Below, piece by piece: positions 53,312-63,538 of a DNA stretch of 64,000 bases. The stretch is from Armatimonadota bacterium (GTDB lineage: Bacteria; Armatimonadota; UBA5829): positions 7,168 through 71,167 of the forward strand of contig JBDKUO010000009.1 of the NCBI GenBank assembly GCA_039679645.1, in the 5' to 3' direction. The translations under genes were made by a program, and so were the position numbers. A model generated the notes under the pieces. That model made no database searches, was not told the DNA's origin, and saw only the letters and a list, made by a program, of their open reading frames with translations. How positions within the stretch are numbered: the stretch's first letter is position 1; every line of letters begins with the position of its first letter.

Positions 53312-54756
53312 AAGCACTCCGAACCTGACGTACCCGCCAGCCGTACGTGCGCCACGGCCAGTCCCCATATCAGCCAAGAATAAACCGTCGTCGAGAAAGT
53401 GATCAAACCACCGTTATGATATGTCGGGATGATGTAATCTCCCAAAATCGCAGCTGCTGAAATGCCGACCATCTGCCCCATTGCTGCCAGAATATACGCC
53501 CTGGAAAAAGAATCTGAGATCCTGTGATAATTCTTTTTCAGCCAGAGAAACCCCTGCACCAGGATGCCCAAAAACAGAACGGTGCCCGGAATGCCGGTCT
53601 CCGCCAGGTGCTGAGAATACGTGCCATGTGCGGAAGAGTAAGTTGTTGTACCCCATTTCTCTCCATAGTAAAAAGAATTGTAAGTGCGGTAATTGCCCAA
53701 GCCGACACCCAAAGGAAATGTAGTGGCATATTTCATTGCACTATTCATCAGGCTGAAGCGGTCAAAATCGCCCTCGGTTTTAGATTGCTCCACAACATTT
53801 GCATGCAGAAATGGCCATGCAACCAGTATAATGATTGAGACGCATACTGCTGTCACGTAAAACAACTTACGGTTGCTTAGAAACACTACAGTCCCCAACG
53901 CCGCCAACATAGCAAGCCATCCTGATACCCAGGATATTCCGAGCACAACAACGATGACAATCGACAATGCCACAACAGCCAGGCAGCCAATTCGTTTCGC
54001 ATTCCACTGCCGTGTATGTAAAGCCACAGCACAACAATAGCTGGCTGTCATTACAATTAATAGAGATGACCATGGAGCCTCGAGCGGTATGCGGTTGCCG
54101 ATTGCGGTGTTAAAAAGATTGTAGCTACAAGCGGCAATTAGAGACAGAGTGATTATTCTCAACCACTTGCGATTGCTGACTGATGTGGCGATCATAATCA
54201 GTGCGCCGGCACTCAAAACATGCAAACCAAGTTCGATTACATTCACCTGGGGTTTCTGAAACATCTTATTGACATGCACATCCCAAAACAAAAGCGAATT
54301 CACCACATTCAGCACGCAATATGCCAAATAGAGCGCCATCGGCACATAAAAGCCGGATGATATGCGCATTTTGGGCAATGATCTCAGGAAATATTTGCCT
54401 GCCCATACCACAAGCAAAAAGCCCAGCATGATTTCGCTGATGAACACCCCTTTGCCCACACCTGAACCACCAACAGCCAGGTCCGGCGTCTCGCCCCATG
54501 GAATAAATGCGACCAAAACGTACAGTGCAATAGCAGCCTCAAAATGCCATGCAGTCACAAATACAAGGACCGCTCCAAAAATGGCTGCCGCAACATAATA
54601 CAAATTGACAGCGGCTGTAAATAACCCTAAGAACACCCCAAATAATAGTATAACAAGAGTATTCCGCGTTACCGCAGATATGCGCTCCGGGGTCCACTGC
54701 TGTTCTTCTCGGAAGCCGCCTGATTCCTGACGGGTTTCTGTCTTTTTATATTTCAT
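53308..54756 (-). CDS. O-antigen ligase/polymerase (Wzy_C) family membrane protein
   Basis: 482 aa with ~11 TM segments and a large loop. The motif SAHGTYSQHLAETGIPG is typical of the Wzy_C/O-antigen ligase family. Confidence 0.65.
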   Translation of the reverse strand: MKYKKTETRQESGGFREEQQWTPERISAVTRNTLVILLFGVFLGLFTAAVNLYYVAAAIFGAVLVFVTAWHFEAAIALYVLVAFIPWGETPDLAVGGSGVGKGVFISEIMLGFLLVVWAGKYFLRSLPKMRISSGFYVPMALYLAYCVLNVVNSLLFWDVHVNKMFQKPQVNVIELGLHVLSAGALIMIATSVSNRKWLRIITLSLIAACSYNLFNTAIGNRIPLEAPWSSLLIVMTASYCCAVALHTRQWNAKRIGCLAVVALSIVIVVVLGISWVSGWLAMLAALGTVVFLSNRKLFYVTAVCVSIIILVAWPFLHANVVEQSKTEGDFDRFSLMNSAMKYATTFPLGVGLGNYRTYNSFYYGEKWGTTTYSSAHGTYSQHLAETGIPGTVLFLGILVQGFLWLKKNYHRISDSFSRAYILAAMGQMVGISAAAILGDYIIPTYHNGGLITFSTTVYSWLIWGLAVAHVRLAGTSGSECL

Positions 54757-54807
54757 ATTTTACAATGATTTCTCAATAATGAACCAAACAAGGTGATGTG
54801 CAGCCCA

Positions 54808-56013
54808 CTACAAAATAGGTTGTTCCATGTTTTTGTGAACCATAGAGTCAATTAAGTTGCAAAAACGTTCACCAACCGCTGACCACGAATAGTTCTCCTC
54901 AATAAGTCGGCGTGCGTTGGCAGAAAGCATAGACGATAATGAATGATCCGAGCGAAGTCTCGCAATGGCGCACGCAAAATCCTCGGCAGTATCGGCAATA
55001 AGCAGATGTTGACCGTTCTCAACACACAAGCCCTCCGCTCCGACAGAAGTAGACACGACAGGAATCCCTGCAGCCATTGCCTCAAGTATTTTTATGCGGC
55101 TTCCACCGCCTTCTCTGAGTGGAACAATGCACATCTGGCTGCGCCGAAGTGGAAAGCGTATATCGTCAACATATCCGGTCAGCTCCACTCCGGGGCAATC
55201 TGCTATCTGCCCTACCCCCTCAGACGGCAATTTGCCCGTAACATGCAGCATAACACCAGGAGATAGCCTAGACACTATGGGATATATCTCTTGAACATAA
55301 TAGCTCACAGCATCCCGGTTCGCACCATAAGTCAGCGCGCCATTATATATCATATAGCCGTCGATAGGCTCACGTTCGTTTGGGGAATAATGGAAGTGGT
55401 CTATAGCATTTTGAAGCACAATTCCCATTTTGCTGGACTGATAGCATTCGGCTATCAACTTCTTCTCCTGCTCGGAGACACACGTATACGCATCACAGCG
55501 TGCGAGCAGATCGCTTACACAGTACCGCCACTTATAGTAGCGGGCAAGCCAGCTTATACGCGCTAAGAGCCCACCATTGCGGCATTGACCGTGCAGCCAA
55601 CCCACTTCAAGCTCCTCGAAAAGCACAGGGCAATCGACTCTATGAGGCACATAATCCATTGCCACAAACTGAGATGCCACAATAATGTCCGGCCTAAGAG
55701 TCTCAATGCAGCGCGCCACACTCTCTTCCATACGCTTATCTCGCGAGCTCACCATAAAACTGGGCCTCAGAGAAAACAGCCCTTTGAGGCGGACAAGACG
55801 GCCTGAAGGATACCAGTGGTTTCTGTGACACGAGACTACATCACAGACATCCGACAGGTATCGAATATCGTTCTCCCGCGAATCGTCCTGAAGTACCGAG
55901 ATCAGTGATACATTGTGATGCCGCGAAAGCGCCTTTATCAAATTGTAGACTCGTATCCGAGCCCCATTATCCTGAGGATACGGAAACCAGGTCGAGATAA
56001 ACAGTATATTCAA
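54808..56013 (-). CDS. GT4 family glycosyltransferase
   Basis: CIVPLREGGGSRIKILEAMAAGIPVVST..GAEG. The longest ORF (to 56115) would overlap the upstream acetyltransferase gene by 83 nt. A TTG at 56013 is preceded by GGAG with 5-nt spacing and gives the usual (M)NILFIS GT4 N-terminus. Confidence 0.8.
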   Translation of the reverse strand: MNILFISTWFPYPQDNGARIRVYNLIKALSRHHNVSLISVLQDDSRENDIRYLSDVCDVVSCHRNHWYPSGRLVRLKGLFSLRPSFMVSSRDKRMEESVARCIETLRPDIIVASQFVAMDYVPHRVDCPVLFEELEVGWLHGQCRNGGLLARISWLARYYKWRYCVSDLLARCDAYTCVSEQEKKLIAECYQSSKMGIVLQNAIDHFHYSPNEREPIDGYMIYNGALTYGANRDAVSYYVQEIYPIVSRLSPGVMLHVTGKLPSEGVGQIADCPGVELTGYVDDIRFPLRRSQMCIVPLREGGGSRIKILEAMAAGIPVVSTSVGAEGLCVENGQHLLIADTAEDFACAIARLRSDHSLSSMLSANARRLIEENYSWSAVGERFCNLIDSMVHKNMEQPIL

Positions 56014-56032
56014 TAAGTCTCCGTGCGCCGTA

Positions 56033-56629
56033 TCAATGAAATGCCTTCGCGCAGTTGAGTTCGTACTTGAGATCACGACATCGCTCGCCGATCTTTCGTG
56101 CAGGAACTCCACCAACTATCTCATATTCAGCCACATCTTTTGACACCACAGCACCTGCTGCAATACCAGCCCCCTCACCTACATCTACTGCAGGCAAAAT
56201 CATTGCTCTAGAACCGGTGAACACATAATCGTGCAACACCACAGGACCACCCTTGCCGCCGAAGTGTGGACACTTCGGGTCGTGCTGTAAAGTAAATATA
56301 GCAGTCTCGCCAGCTATATTTACATTATTGCCTATCGTTATCCCTTCTCTGGCGTCTAAGAAACAGTGATCACCTATAACACAGTGATCGCCGATCACGA
56401 TATTCCACGGCTGATAGAAACGACAGCCGAAGTGGATATAACTCTTCTTGCCTATCTTGATGCGGAACACATACCTGTAAAAAAACAACCTGGCGTGGTG
56501 GCTCGGAACATAGCCGATTAAATCGCAAGCGAATTCCACTCCGTCCAGCACCAGCCATCCTGCTTTACGTAGCATTGAGTGTCTTTTACAGAACGCCACA
56601 GACCAATCTTTTAGTTTCATCAAAGCCAT
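56033..56629 (-). CDS. hexapeptide-repeat (LbH) O-acetyltransferase
   Basis: 198 aa: IGDHCVIGDHCFLDAREGITIGNNVNIAGE...VFTGSRAMILPAVDVGEGAGIAAGAVV. Confidence 0.85.
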   Translation of the reverse strand: MALMKLKDWSVAFCKRHSMLRKAGWLVLDGVEFACDLIGYVPSHHARLFFYRYVFRIKIGKKSYIHFGCRFYQPWNIVIGDHCVIGDHCFLDAREGITIGNNVNIAGETAIFTLQHDPKCPHFGGKGGPVVLHDYVFTGSRAMILPAVDVGEGAGIAAGAVVSKDVAEYEIVGGVPARKIGERCRDLKYELNCAKAFH

Positions 56630-56635
56630 CCTAAG

Positions 56636-57760
56636 TCAAGTTCCAGGCTGCAGAATCGATCGATAGAGTGAAAGCGTTGAGGACATCATCTTGTCAAGAC
56701 TGAAAGATGACATCGCACGTTTATATCCAGCGTTCCCGAGAACAGTCATTCTCTCGCGTGAACCGATCAAATCCGCCAGTGCTGCATACAATGCCTCGGG
56801 GTCACGCGGACTAACCAGCACACCGGTCCTGCCATCGTCAACTGCTTCTCGAACGCCTCCAACATCAGTAGCTACAACCGGCTTGCCCGCCATCATCGCT
56901 TCTACAATTGTAAACGGAAAGCTCTCAAAAAGTGATGGAAGAACGAACACATCGAACACGCTCATCAAATCGCGTGAATCACTCCGCCAGCCGCAAAATC
57001 GAACGCTGTCAGATATTCCCAGATCGGCTGCCATATCTTTCAGTTCATTTGACTGACTGCCGTCACCCACCAAACACCAGACTATGCGGGCCGATGTGCG
57101 CTGCCGGAGCAACCTGAGCGCGCGTAAAAGATAAGCCAAGCCTTTTTGGTTCTCAAGGCGCGCAACAGTGCCCAAAACAATGTCATTACTGTTGATCGAC
57201 AACTCCTCACGCAGCCTGGCGACCACCTCTGGACAGGTAATATGTTCCTCGACACCATTATATACTGTTGTGATTTTGGACTCCGGCAATCCTCGCCCAA
57301 TTAGAAATGCGCGCGCTGACTCACACACTGTTATTATGTGGTGCGCATATCGCAAGCTGACTCTGTCCATGATTGTTTCTTTTGCCGTATGTGCTATTGT
57401 TGGAAGGTGAGTAGTAACAATGATCTTGCTTCTCCCCGCCATTCTTGCAGCAATGATGTCTGCTGTGGAAGCACACGGATGACACAAGTTGAAGTGCAAA
57501 ATGTCGGTCTGCACCTTTCGATAGAATCGTAAAGAACGAATTATATCTGCAGGCTTGACGGCAAATCCGTTTGTAGGTAGATTCTTGACCCCAATGTGAT
57601 CCGGGACAGGCCGTATTGCAGGTGAGTCTGGACCTCCAGGCAGATATACGGCTCTTACACACTCACCCAAACCCCGTGCAAGCATATAGAGATACCGCTC
57701 GGCGCCGCCATATTCGTGCGTATTTGCTATCAAGCTGACAGACATCGCCTCGTTCATCAA
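56636..57760 (-). CDS. GT4 family glycosyltransferase
   Basis: 374 aa: VFVLPSLFESFPFTIVEAMMAGKPVVATDVGG..E. Confidence 0.85.
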   Translation of the reverse strand: MMNEAMSVSLIANTHEYGGAERYLYMLARGLGECVRAVYLPGGPDSPAIRPVPDHIGVKNLPTNGFAVKPADIIRSLRFYRKVQTDILHFNLCHPCASTADIIAARMAGRSKIIVTTHLPTIAHTAKETIMDRVSLRYAHHIITVCESARAFLIGRGLPESKITTVYNGVEEHITCPEVVARLREELSINSNDIVLGTVARLENQKGLAYLLRALRLLRQRTSARIVWCLVGDGSQSNELKDMAADLGISDSVRFCGWRSDSRDLMSVFDVFVLPSLFESFPFTIVEAMMAGKPVVATDVGGVREAVDDGRTGVLVSPRDPEALYAALADLIGSRERMTVLGNAGYKRAMSSFSLDKMMSSTLSLYRSILQPGT

Positions 57761-58908
57761 AGACCTGCCGCATCTTCCAAGATACTTCGCAACTGGGCGA
57801 TGGACTTATCCCAACTCCAGTTATTTGCAACACTCTCGCGTCCGGCTTTGCCCATCGAATCAGCCAAGTCAGGATCACGAACAAGTCTTTCGACGTATCC
57901 TCCAAACTCATCAGGGTCACGCTCTGCAAGAAAACCGTCGACGCCATGCGTAATTGTTTCGCGCACCCCACCCTCGCAAATGCCGACTACAGGAGTTCCG
58001 CAAGACATTGACTCCAATGGCACCAGCCCGAACGGCTCAAGCACGGGCGCATAGACAGTGCAAATCGCAGAATTATATAATCCGACAAGGCTGTCATCGG
58101 TTATATCCGAGTGAAAAGTGATCCTCACTCCTAACGCCTCGGCCTTTGCACATAGTTCAGCTTCATATGGATCATACGGAGCATACACAATATGCAATCT
58201 TGGCCGGTTACACTCATCTATGCGTGCCAGGCTCTCAATAATAAACTCGTGTCCCTTAAGCATAGAAAGCCGACCGACCGATAACACATAATTTTGTTTT
58301 TCTTGCCCTGTTGGGTGAAACAGAGCCGAGTCTATGCCGAGATAATTCACTTTGGCGTTCACTCCATAAGTACTCAGCATATATTCTCTGGTGTAATATG
58401 AGTTGCACAGCACTGTGTTTGCCGAAGTTAACGCAGCATACTCATTTTGCACAGCAGCCCTTGTGTAGAGCATTCTGGCCGGATCTTTGTATGAAGGGTG
58501 AGGGCCGCCTGCCAACAGCGCCTCGTGCATCGCTCGGAACGGCTCGTCGGCGTAATATACAACCGGGGTTTTCAAGAATCTCAACAGCGCCGGAGTTTGA
58601 GTTATTCGACAGATGCGTGCAAAGACGACATCATAACCGCCAGCGTCTATGTCCGCTGCAATCTGCCTGCACGACTTTGCCATTTCGGCCAGATTATGAA
58701 TATTGACCAAGCCGTTAAGCCTGCCAAACGGCGAATGAAAAATCCGCCGCAGTTTCACGGGATAATAATGAACTTTAGCAGCAATAGAACAGCTCGTATC
58801 CGAGTTTGTGTATATATCAGTGACACAATCTCCCAGACGGGTAAACTGCTCCATAGCAGCCCGATAAGCTCCTCCGTGCATCAGATTGTGATATGCTGCC
58901 ACTCTCAT
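57757..58908 (-). CDS. GT4 family glycosyltransferase
   Basis: 383 aa: VYAPVLEPFGLVPLESMSCGTPVVG..EGG..E. Confidence 0.85.
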   Translation of the reverse strand: MRVAAYHNLMHGGAYRAAMEQFTRLGDCVTDIYTNSDTSCSIAAKVHYYPVKLRRIFHSPFGRLNGLVNIHNLAEMAKSCRQIAADIDAGGYDVVFARICRITQTPALLRFLKTPVVYYADEPFRAMHEALLAGGPHPSYKDPARMLYTRAAVQNEYAALTSANTVLCNSYYTREYMLSTYGVNAKVNYLGIDSALFHPTGQEKQNYVLSVGRLSMLKGHEFIIESLARIDECNRPRLHIVYAPYDPYEAELCAKAEALGVRITFHSDITDDSLVGLYNSAICTVYAPVLEPFGLVPLESMSCGTPVVGICEGGVRETITHGVDGFLAERDPDEFGGYVERLVRDPDLADSMGKAGRESVANNWSWDKSIAQLRSILEDAAGL

Positions 58909-59903
58909 GACGTATTACTCTTACACTTTCTTGATCCGTCCACACAGCCGGAAGGCAACCCAACACTCAAACCCAAAGCCAGCTTTATTGCATTCTTCCA
59001 TACGTGAGGCTCAGTTTTCCACATTAGCGGATCATGCAGCAGAGCACGACACAACAACGCAACCCTATTGCACCTAGATATGCCGACCGGTGCATAGGCC
59101 GTGGTGACAAGTGCTGATGCAAGAACCAGCCTAGTGGCTCGGCGAATGAAGTCCGACCTGACTGGATCATCGGCAACCATTTTGAGCGTCTTTTCAGAAA
59201 GGCGCTTGACGCTGTCAAACATAACCTGCAGACGTCTGTGGCTCAGGTTCGCTGCGTGAACGCGATAACTAGACCTGACTGCCGGAAACCTTTCCACACA
59301 GCCGCTGTAAGCCAACCGCATCCATAGATCCGCATCTTCAACAAACACTAAACCGGTGTCAAAATGCCCAACTCTGTCCAGAGCAGGCTTTCGCACGACA
59401 ACAGTAGAAGTCTGAATAAAACATCGCAGAAACAGTTGACAGACCAGGTCGCCAGTCTGATCAATATCCGGAATAACTCTTCCATCTTTAATAAAACACC
59501 GGTCTGCCACAGCCGCATCAGGTATCAAGTTGCCGTGCTCATCGATGCATTCGTAGTCCGTATAGGCCATCTGTAAGTCAGGAATGCGGTTGAACATATC
59601 CATCTGATCAGATAACTTTGTCTGATGCCAAACATCATCCGCGTCCAAAAAAGCTATTATATCCCCATGTGAGGCATCTATGCCGACATTTCGTGCAATT
59701 GACGGATGCCCACTGTTTTCAGTACGTATATACCGAACCCGCTCACCATACGAACGAACGATATTCGGGGTATCATCCACCGAACCATCATCAATTACGA
59801 TTATTTCCTGTGGAGCAAGCGTCTGATTCAGTGCCGAGTCAATCGAATGGCGGATAAACCTCTCGCAGTTATATACCGGTATTATAACGCTGATGCCGCT
59901 CAT
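58905..59903 (-). CDS. GT2 family glycosyltransferase
   Basis: 332 aa: ISVIIPVYNCERFI, IIVIDDGSVDDT, and FLDADD. Confidence 0.85.
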   Translation of the reverse strand: MSGISVIIPVYNCERFIRHSIDSALNQTLAPQEIIVIDDGSVDDTPNIVRSYGERVRYIRTENSGHPSIARNVGIDASHGDIIAFLDADDVWHQTKLSDQMDMFNRIPDLQMAYTDYECIDEHGNLIPDAAVADRCFIKDGRVIPDIDQTGDLVCQLFLRCFIQTSTVVVRKPALDRVGHFDTGLVFVEDADLWMRLAYSGCVERFPAVRSSYRVHAANLSHRRLQVMFDSVKRLSEKTLKMVADDPVRSDFIRRATRLVLASALVTTAYAPVGISRCNRVALLCRALLHDPLMWKTEPHVWKNAIKLALGLSVGLPSGCVDGSRKCKSNTS

Positions 59904-61156
59904 GCCGGCACCTCATGCTCCGCGGACATATCCCTAAGCTTTGACAGATAAGTCTCAATCTCGATCTGGTACGGCAGAGGCACACTTTTGGAGCACGGGC
60001 TCATCACCAAAGCCGCAGCAGACCGCATTGCGCTGACAAACACGCCGCGATCCACATGACATATGCCACCGGACATTACCAAATTGACGAATGCACGTAC
60101 AGCCGTACGATAATCGCCCACGCCGCGGCAAGCATGCACTGCGGCGCCCCAAAACATACCGCTCCATACTCTAACCGATTCATGCCCACCCAATGAATTG
60201 ACTAAGTGTACACAGTTCTTCAACCATCCGGCTCTGGTGCGATAGTCACTAAGGGAATAGACATCAGCCAAAGCACAACCAACAAATGCACTGCGGACGG
60301 CATTGTCGTCACACAATTCCGCTGATCGTTCGATTGCGACCTTAATCCACTCAGTCGCAATTTCCATCTTGCAATACGCTGCCCTGGCAGCATATGCCGC
60401 ATATGAAAAAAGCTCTGCCTCAAGTCTGTTACTATTATCGAGTTCCGAGCGTCTAAGCCGCGTCTTCTCTATCACCGCAAGGCTTCCTTTCAGCAAAGCA
60501 GGCAAGTTGTTTATGCTCTGATCCGAGTGAATCCGCACTGCCGAGACCGGAACCTGAACACTGCAAAACGGCCCAAGTTCGGAAACGCGAATCCAAAAAT
60601 CCCAATCTTCCGAAAATGAGAGCGAAGGGTCAAATCCGCCTGTCCTGTCAAACTCAGTGCGCCTCATCAGCATGGACACCGCGGTCAGAGGACAACTCAA
60701 TAAGAGATCGTCACTGAAATTCTTAACCACCGGTTCGTCGCTCTGATTTAACAGATCGTGTGGAGTCAGCAAATGGTTTCTTTCATCCATATGAACGTCC
60801 GACCCGTACACCAGAACCACATCCGGAAACCGATCCATCAGATCGACTTGCATAGCCAGTTTGTGCGGCAGCCAAACATCATCCGAATCGAGAAACGAGA
60901 CAAACTCGCCGTTTGATGCATTCACACCGTTGTTTCTCGCCATGGAACGTTCCTGGTTCACCTGACGGATATATCTTATACGCGGGTCGGAAAATGATGC
61001 AACGACATCGGGCGTATTATCTGTCGAGCCGTCATCAACCACAATCAACTCGAAATCCTGATAGGTCTGGTCGAGCACGCTTTGTATTGCCTGACGCAGC
61101 ATTCGAGCTCTATTGTATGTAGGTATAATAACACTGACTCTGCTCATAGTAGTCAT
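59900..61156 (-). CDS. GT2 family glycosyltransferase with ~170-aa helical C-terminal extension
   Basis: 418 aa: VSVIIPTYNRARML, LIVVDDGSTDNT, FLDSDD, and EDWDFWIR. Confidence 0.85.
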   Translation of the reverse strand: MTTMSRVSVIIPTYNRARMLRQAIQSVLDQTYQDFELIVVDDGSTDNTPDVVASFSDPRIRYIRQVNQERSMARNNGVNASNGEFVSFLDSDDVWLPHKLAMQVDLMDRFPDVVLVYGSDVHMDERNHLLTPHDLLNQSDEPVVKNFSDDLLLSCPLTAVSMLMRRTEFDRTGGFDPSLSFSEDWDFWIRVSELGPFCSVQVPVSAVRIHSDQSINNLPALLKGSLAVIEKTRLRRSELDNSNRLEAELFSYAAYAARAAYCKMEIATEWIKVAIERSAELCDDNAVRSAFVGCALADVYSLSDYRTRAGWLKNCVHLVNSLGGHESVRVWSGMFWGAAVHACRGVGDYRTAVRAFVNLVMSGGICHVDRGVFVSAMRSAAALVMSPCSKSVPLPYQIEIETYLSKLRDMSAEHEVPA

Positions 61157-62382
61157 TCAGCATTAACCAGGGCCGCCAAATACTCACCCGCCATAAGAGC
61201 GCGCCGCTTCATTTCGGGGACCACGGTAATAAGCCTGCCCTTAACATCATTCTCCGCTTGAAGCAGGTCCGACATCAATGACGACAGACCTCGCGGTGTC
61301 AACTCAGACACTGGAACAACCCAGTCGGTTGAGCCAAAAAGATCTTTGTTTATTCCAATAGACTTGGTGCTGTATGAAATGGAGAGTGTCGGAACACAGG
61401 TCGAAAAAGCGGCAATCGTTGCATGTGTCCGGGCTCCTACAAACGCGCGCATCCGTGAGATCAGCCATTTATATTCCGACGCACACAGCCCTTGCGGAGC
61501 CAGCATTATTTGATCAGTCGGTTCTCCCAGACCCTGGAGAACTGCTTCCATAAACGCATAGTCATCGTTTCCTGACTGCATCACATGAGGAATCAGCAGT
61601 ATTGGCCCCATATCTGCGGATATGAGTGACTTAATACATTCTTGGGCTGTTGACAGCCAAGCATCGTAACTCAAACCCACACACTTGCCCAACAAGGGAC
61701 TGATATTAACGCCAATAGGCTGCCGGTCGATAAACTCAAGAAGCTGTGATGACAACTCAGGGCAAGATGGCAGCAGTAGAAAAGCAGGGTCTGCCATAAG
61801 TTTCACGCGGTCACCCAGTCCCAGTTTGCAGAGGTAATCGAATGTGACACTCTCTCTGGCAAGGATCAATCCAAACCTGCCCAAATGCCGGGCAATTGTC
61901 TCCTCAAATGACGAATCTGTCGAAAACGGACCTACGCTTGCACCCCACAGCACAACGGGTATCCCCGAATCAAGCATGACTTTGTCCAAAGCCATGTGAT
62001 GTAACGGTTTTCCATAGTCGAGCGTGTAGTTGTCGCCTCCTATCTGCAATGCGCACAATGCATTTCGGGTAGCCTGAAATTCGACACGGAAACCCAAAGC
62101 ATTCTGCCAAACTGGCGAAGCTCGATGGATCACTCTATAGCGCCACCAATCAGCATCAAACCGCTTGAACCATGAATCGTTATGAGGTTTGTGAACAATC
62201 CTTTTATCCGATTCATTTCTTGCGTCAGCCAGGCAGTCAGCATCCCCAAAGCTGCTCAACACAAATTGTGTGCGTGGGAATGACCTAGACAATATCTCAA
62301 CTGTGCCGCGAACGATGGCCTCACATCCGCGGTTCGAATAGGGCCCATTGCCTACCAGCAGAACGCATTTGTGTGTCATCAT
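61153..62382 (-). CDS. polysaccharide pyruvyl transferase family protein
   Basis: 409 aa: LLVGNGPYSNRGCEAI, GGDNYTLDYG, and GARTHATIAAFSTCVPTLSISYSTK. Confidence 0.7.
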   Translation of the reverse strand: MMTHKCVLLVGNGPYSNRGCEAIVRGTVEILSRSFPRTQFVLSSFGDADCLADARNESDKRIVHKPHNDSWFKRFDADWWRYRVIHRASPVWQNALGFRVEFQATRNALCALQIGGDNYTLDYGKPLHHMALDKVMLDSGIPVVLWGASVGPFSTDSSFEETIARHLGRFGLILARESVTFDYLCKLGLGDRVKLMADPAFLLLPSCPELSSQLLEFIDRQPIGVNISPLLGKCVGLSYDAWLSTAQECIKSLISADMGPILLIPHVMQSGNDDYAFMEAVLQGLGEPTDQIMLAPQGLCASEYKWLISRMRAFVGARTHATIAAFSTCVPTLSISYSTKSIGINKDLFGSTDWVVPVSELTPRGLSSLMSDLLQAENDVKGRLITVVPEMKRRALMAGEYLAALVNAE

Positions 62383-63533
62383 TTTGTTTTTGCCCCAAAC
62401 AGTGAAGTGCTGAGCGATGGGAACAACGTATCTCTGATACTAAGCATCGGAATTTCCACTAGCCTGGCAACCACGATTCCCCAAACCACACTGCCAATTA
62501 CATATATGAAAAACGACTGCCAATAACCGCCTATTCCATAAAACCTCCCGATTTTTGGAAGCCACCAGGCAAGGAGAGAAGCATGCCAAATATATATGGG
62601 ATAGGAGCACGTCCCAATATATGCCAGTGGGCCAACGACCGCTGTGAGAAACTTCGGGCATTCTGCAAGTTCACAAACAAAATAGATGAGAACACCACCA
62701 AATCCAAGATATACCAGGGTGTGACCAACAGAATACATAAATGGCACATGCACCGGAAAGATCGCACTCGTTGAAAGCAAGGCGAGGCCACAGACCACAA
62801 TAATATACCGATATCTATGAACCACATCAAGCGTAGCTTGCCTGTGAAAGTAGTAGTAATATGAAAACCACACGCCGAACATGAGAGCGTCCATTCGCAA
62901 GTGAGTGGGCATTGAATGTATCTTGGGATCATACGGCAATGCCATAATTCTTTGGACCCTCATAAGAATACACGCAACAGCCACCACAGCGTATATCCAC
63001 CTAATGGCTCCAAAAATATCGGTGTTTGCCGCACTCCTCCGCGCACGCCAATATACGTATAATCCCAAAAGTATATAGAAATGCTCTTCCACCCCGAGTG
63101 ACCAAGTGTGCCACCACAATTGCGCTCCATAATTCTGTACAAAAAGCGTCTCGCAAAGCACTGCGCTCCACCTGAACGGAAGAGAACCGTCTAAATGCAG
63201 CATGTAGTGAACCAGCACGGTAGCCAATACGAATATGTAGAATACGGGATATATTTTGAACGCCCGGCGGATGAAGAAACGTTTGAGACGGACATTACCA
63301 TTTTTCTTATATTCATTAAATAACAAGCCCGACACCAGAAAGCCACTCAGCACGAAAAACATATCCACTGCTACCCATGCGCTCATCTTCCAGACTTTCT
63401 GAAGCTGGTATACAAAAAACGGCCCATGCCCTGGCTTCGGCACCCAGTGCGCACCCAGCACCAGAAATACCGCTATGCCTCGAAATGTATCCAAGTGCCA
63501 CATACGTTTCTTCATATGCAATCCCCAAGGCAA
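62379..63533 (-). CDS. acyltransferase family 3 (OafA-like) membrane O-acyltransferase
   Basis: 384 aa with ~10 TM segments. It has an LDTFRGIAVFLVLGAHW N-terminal motif and a WSLGVEEHFY motif. Confidence 0.85.
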   Translation of the reverse strand: MPWGLHMKKRMWHLDTFRGIAVFLVLGAHWVPKPGHGPFFVYQLQKVWKMSAWVAVDMFFVLSGFLVSGLLFNEYKKNGNVRLKRFFIRRAFKIYPVFYIFVLATVLVHYMLHLDGSLPFRWSAVLCETLFVQNYGAQLWWHTWSLGVEEHFYILLGLYVYWRARRSAANTDIFGAIRWIYAVVAVACILMRVQRIMALPYDPKIHSMPTHLRMDALMFGVWFSYYYYFHRQATLDVVHRYRYIIVVCGLALLSTSAIFPVHVPFMYSVGHTLVYLGFGGVLIYFVCELAECPKFLTAVVGPLAYIGTCSYPIYIWHASLLAWWLPKIGRFYGIGGYWQSFFIYVIGSVVWGIVVARLVEIPMLSIRDTLFPSLSTSLFGAKTK

Positions 63534-63538
63534 ATTAC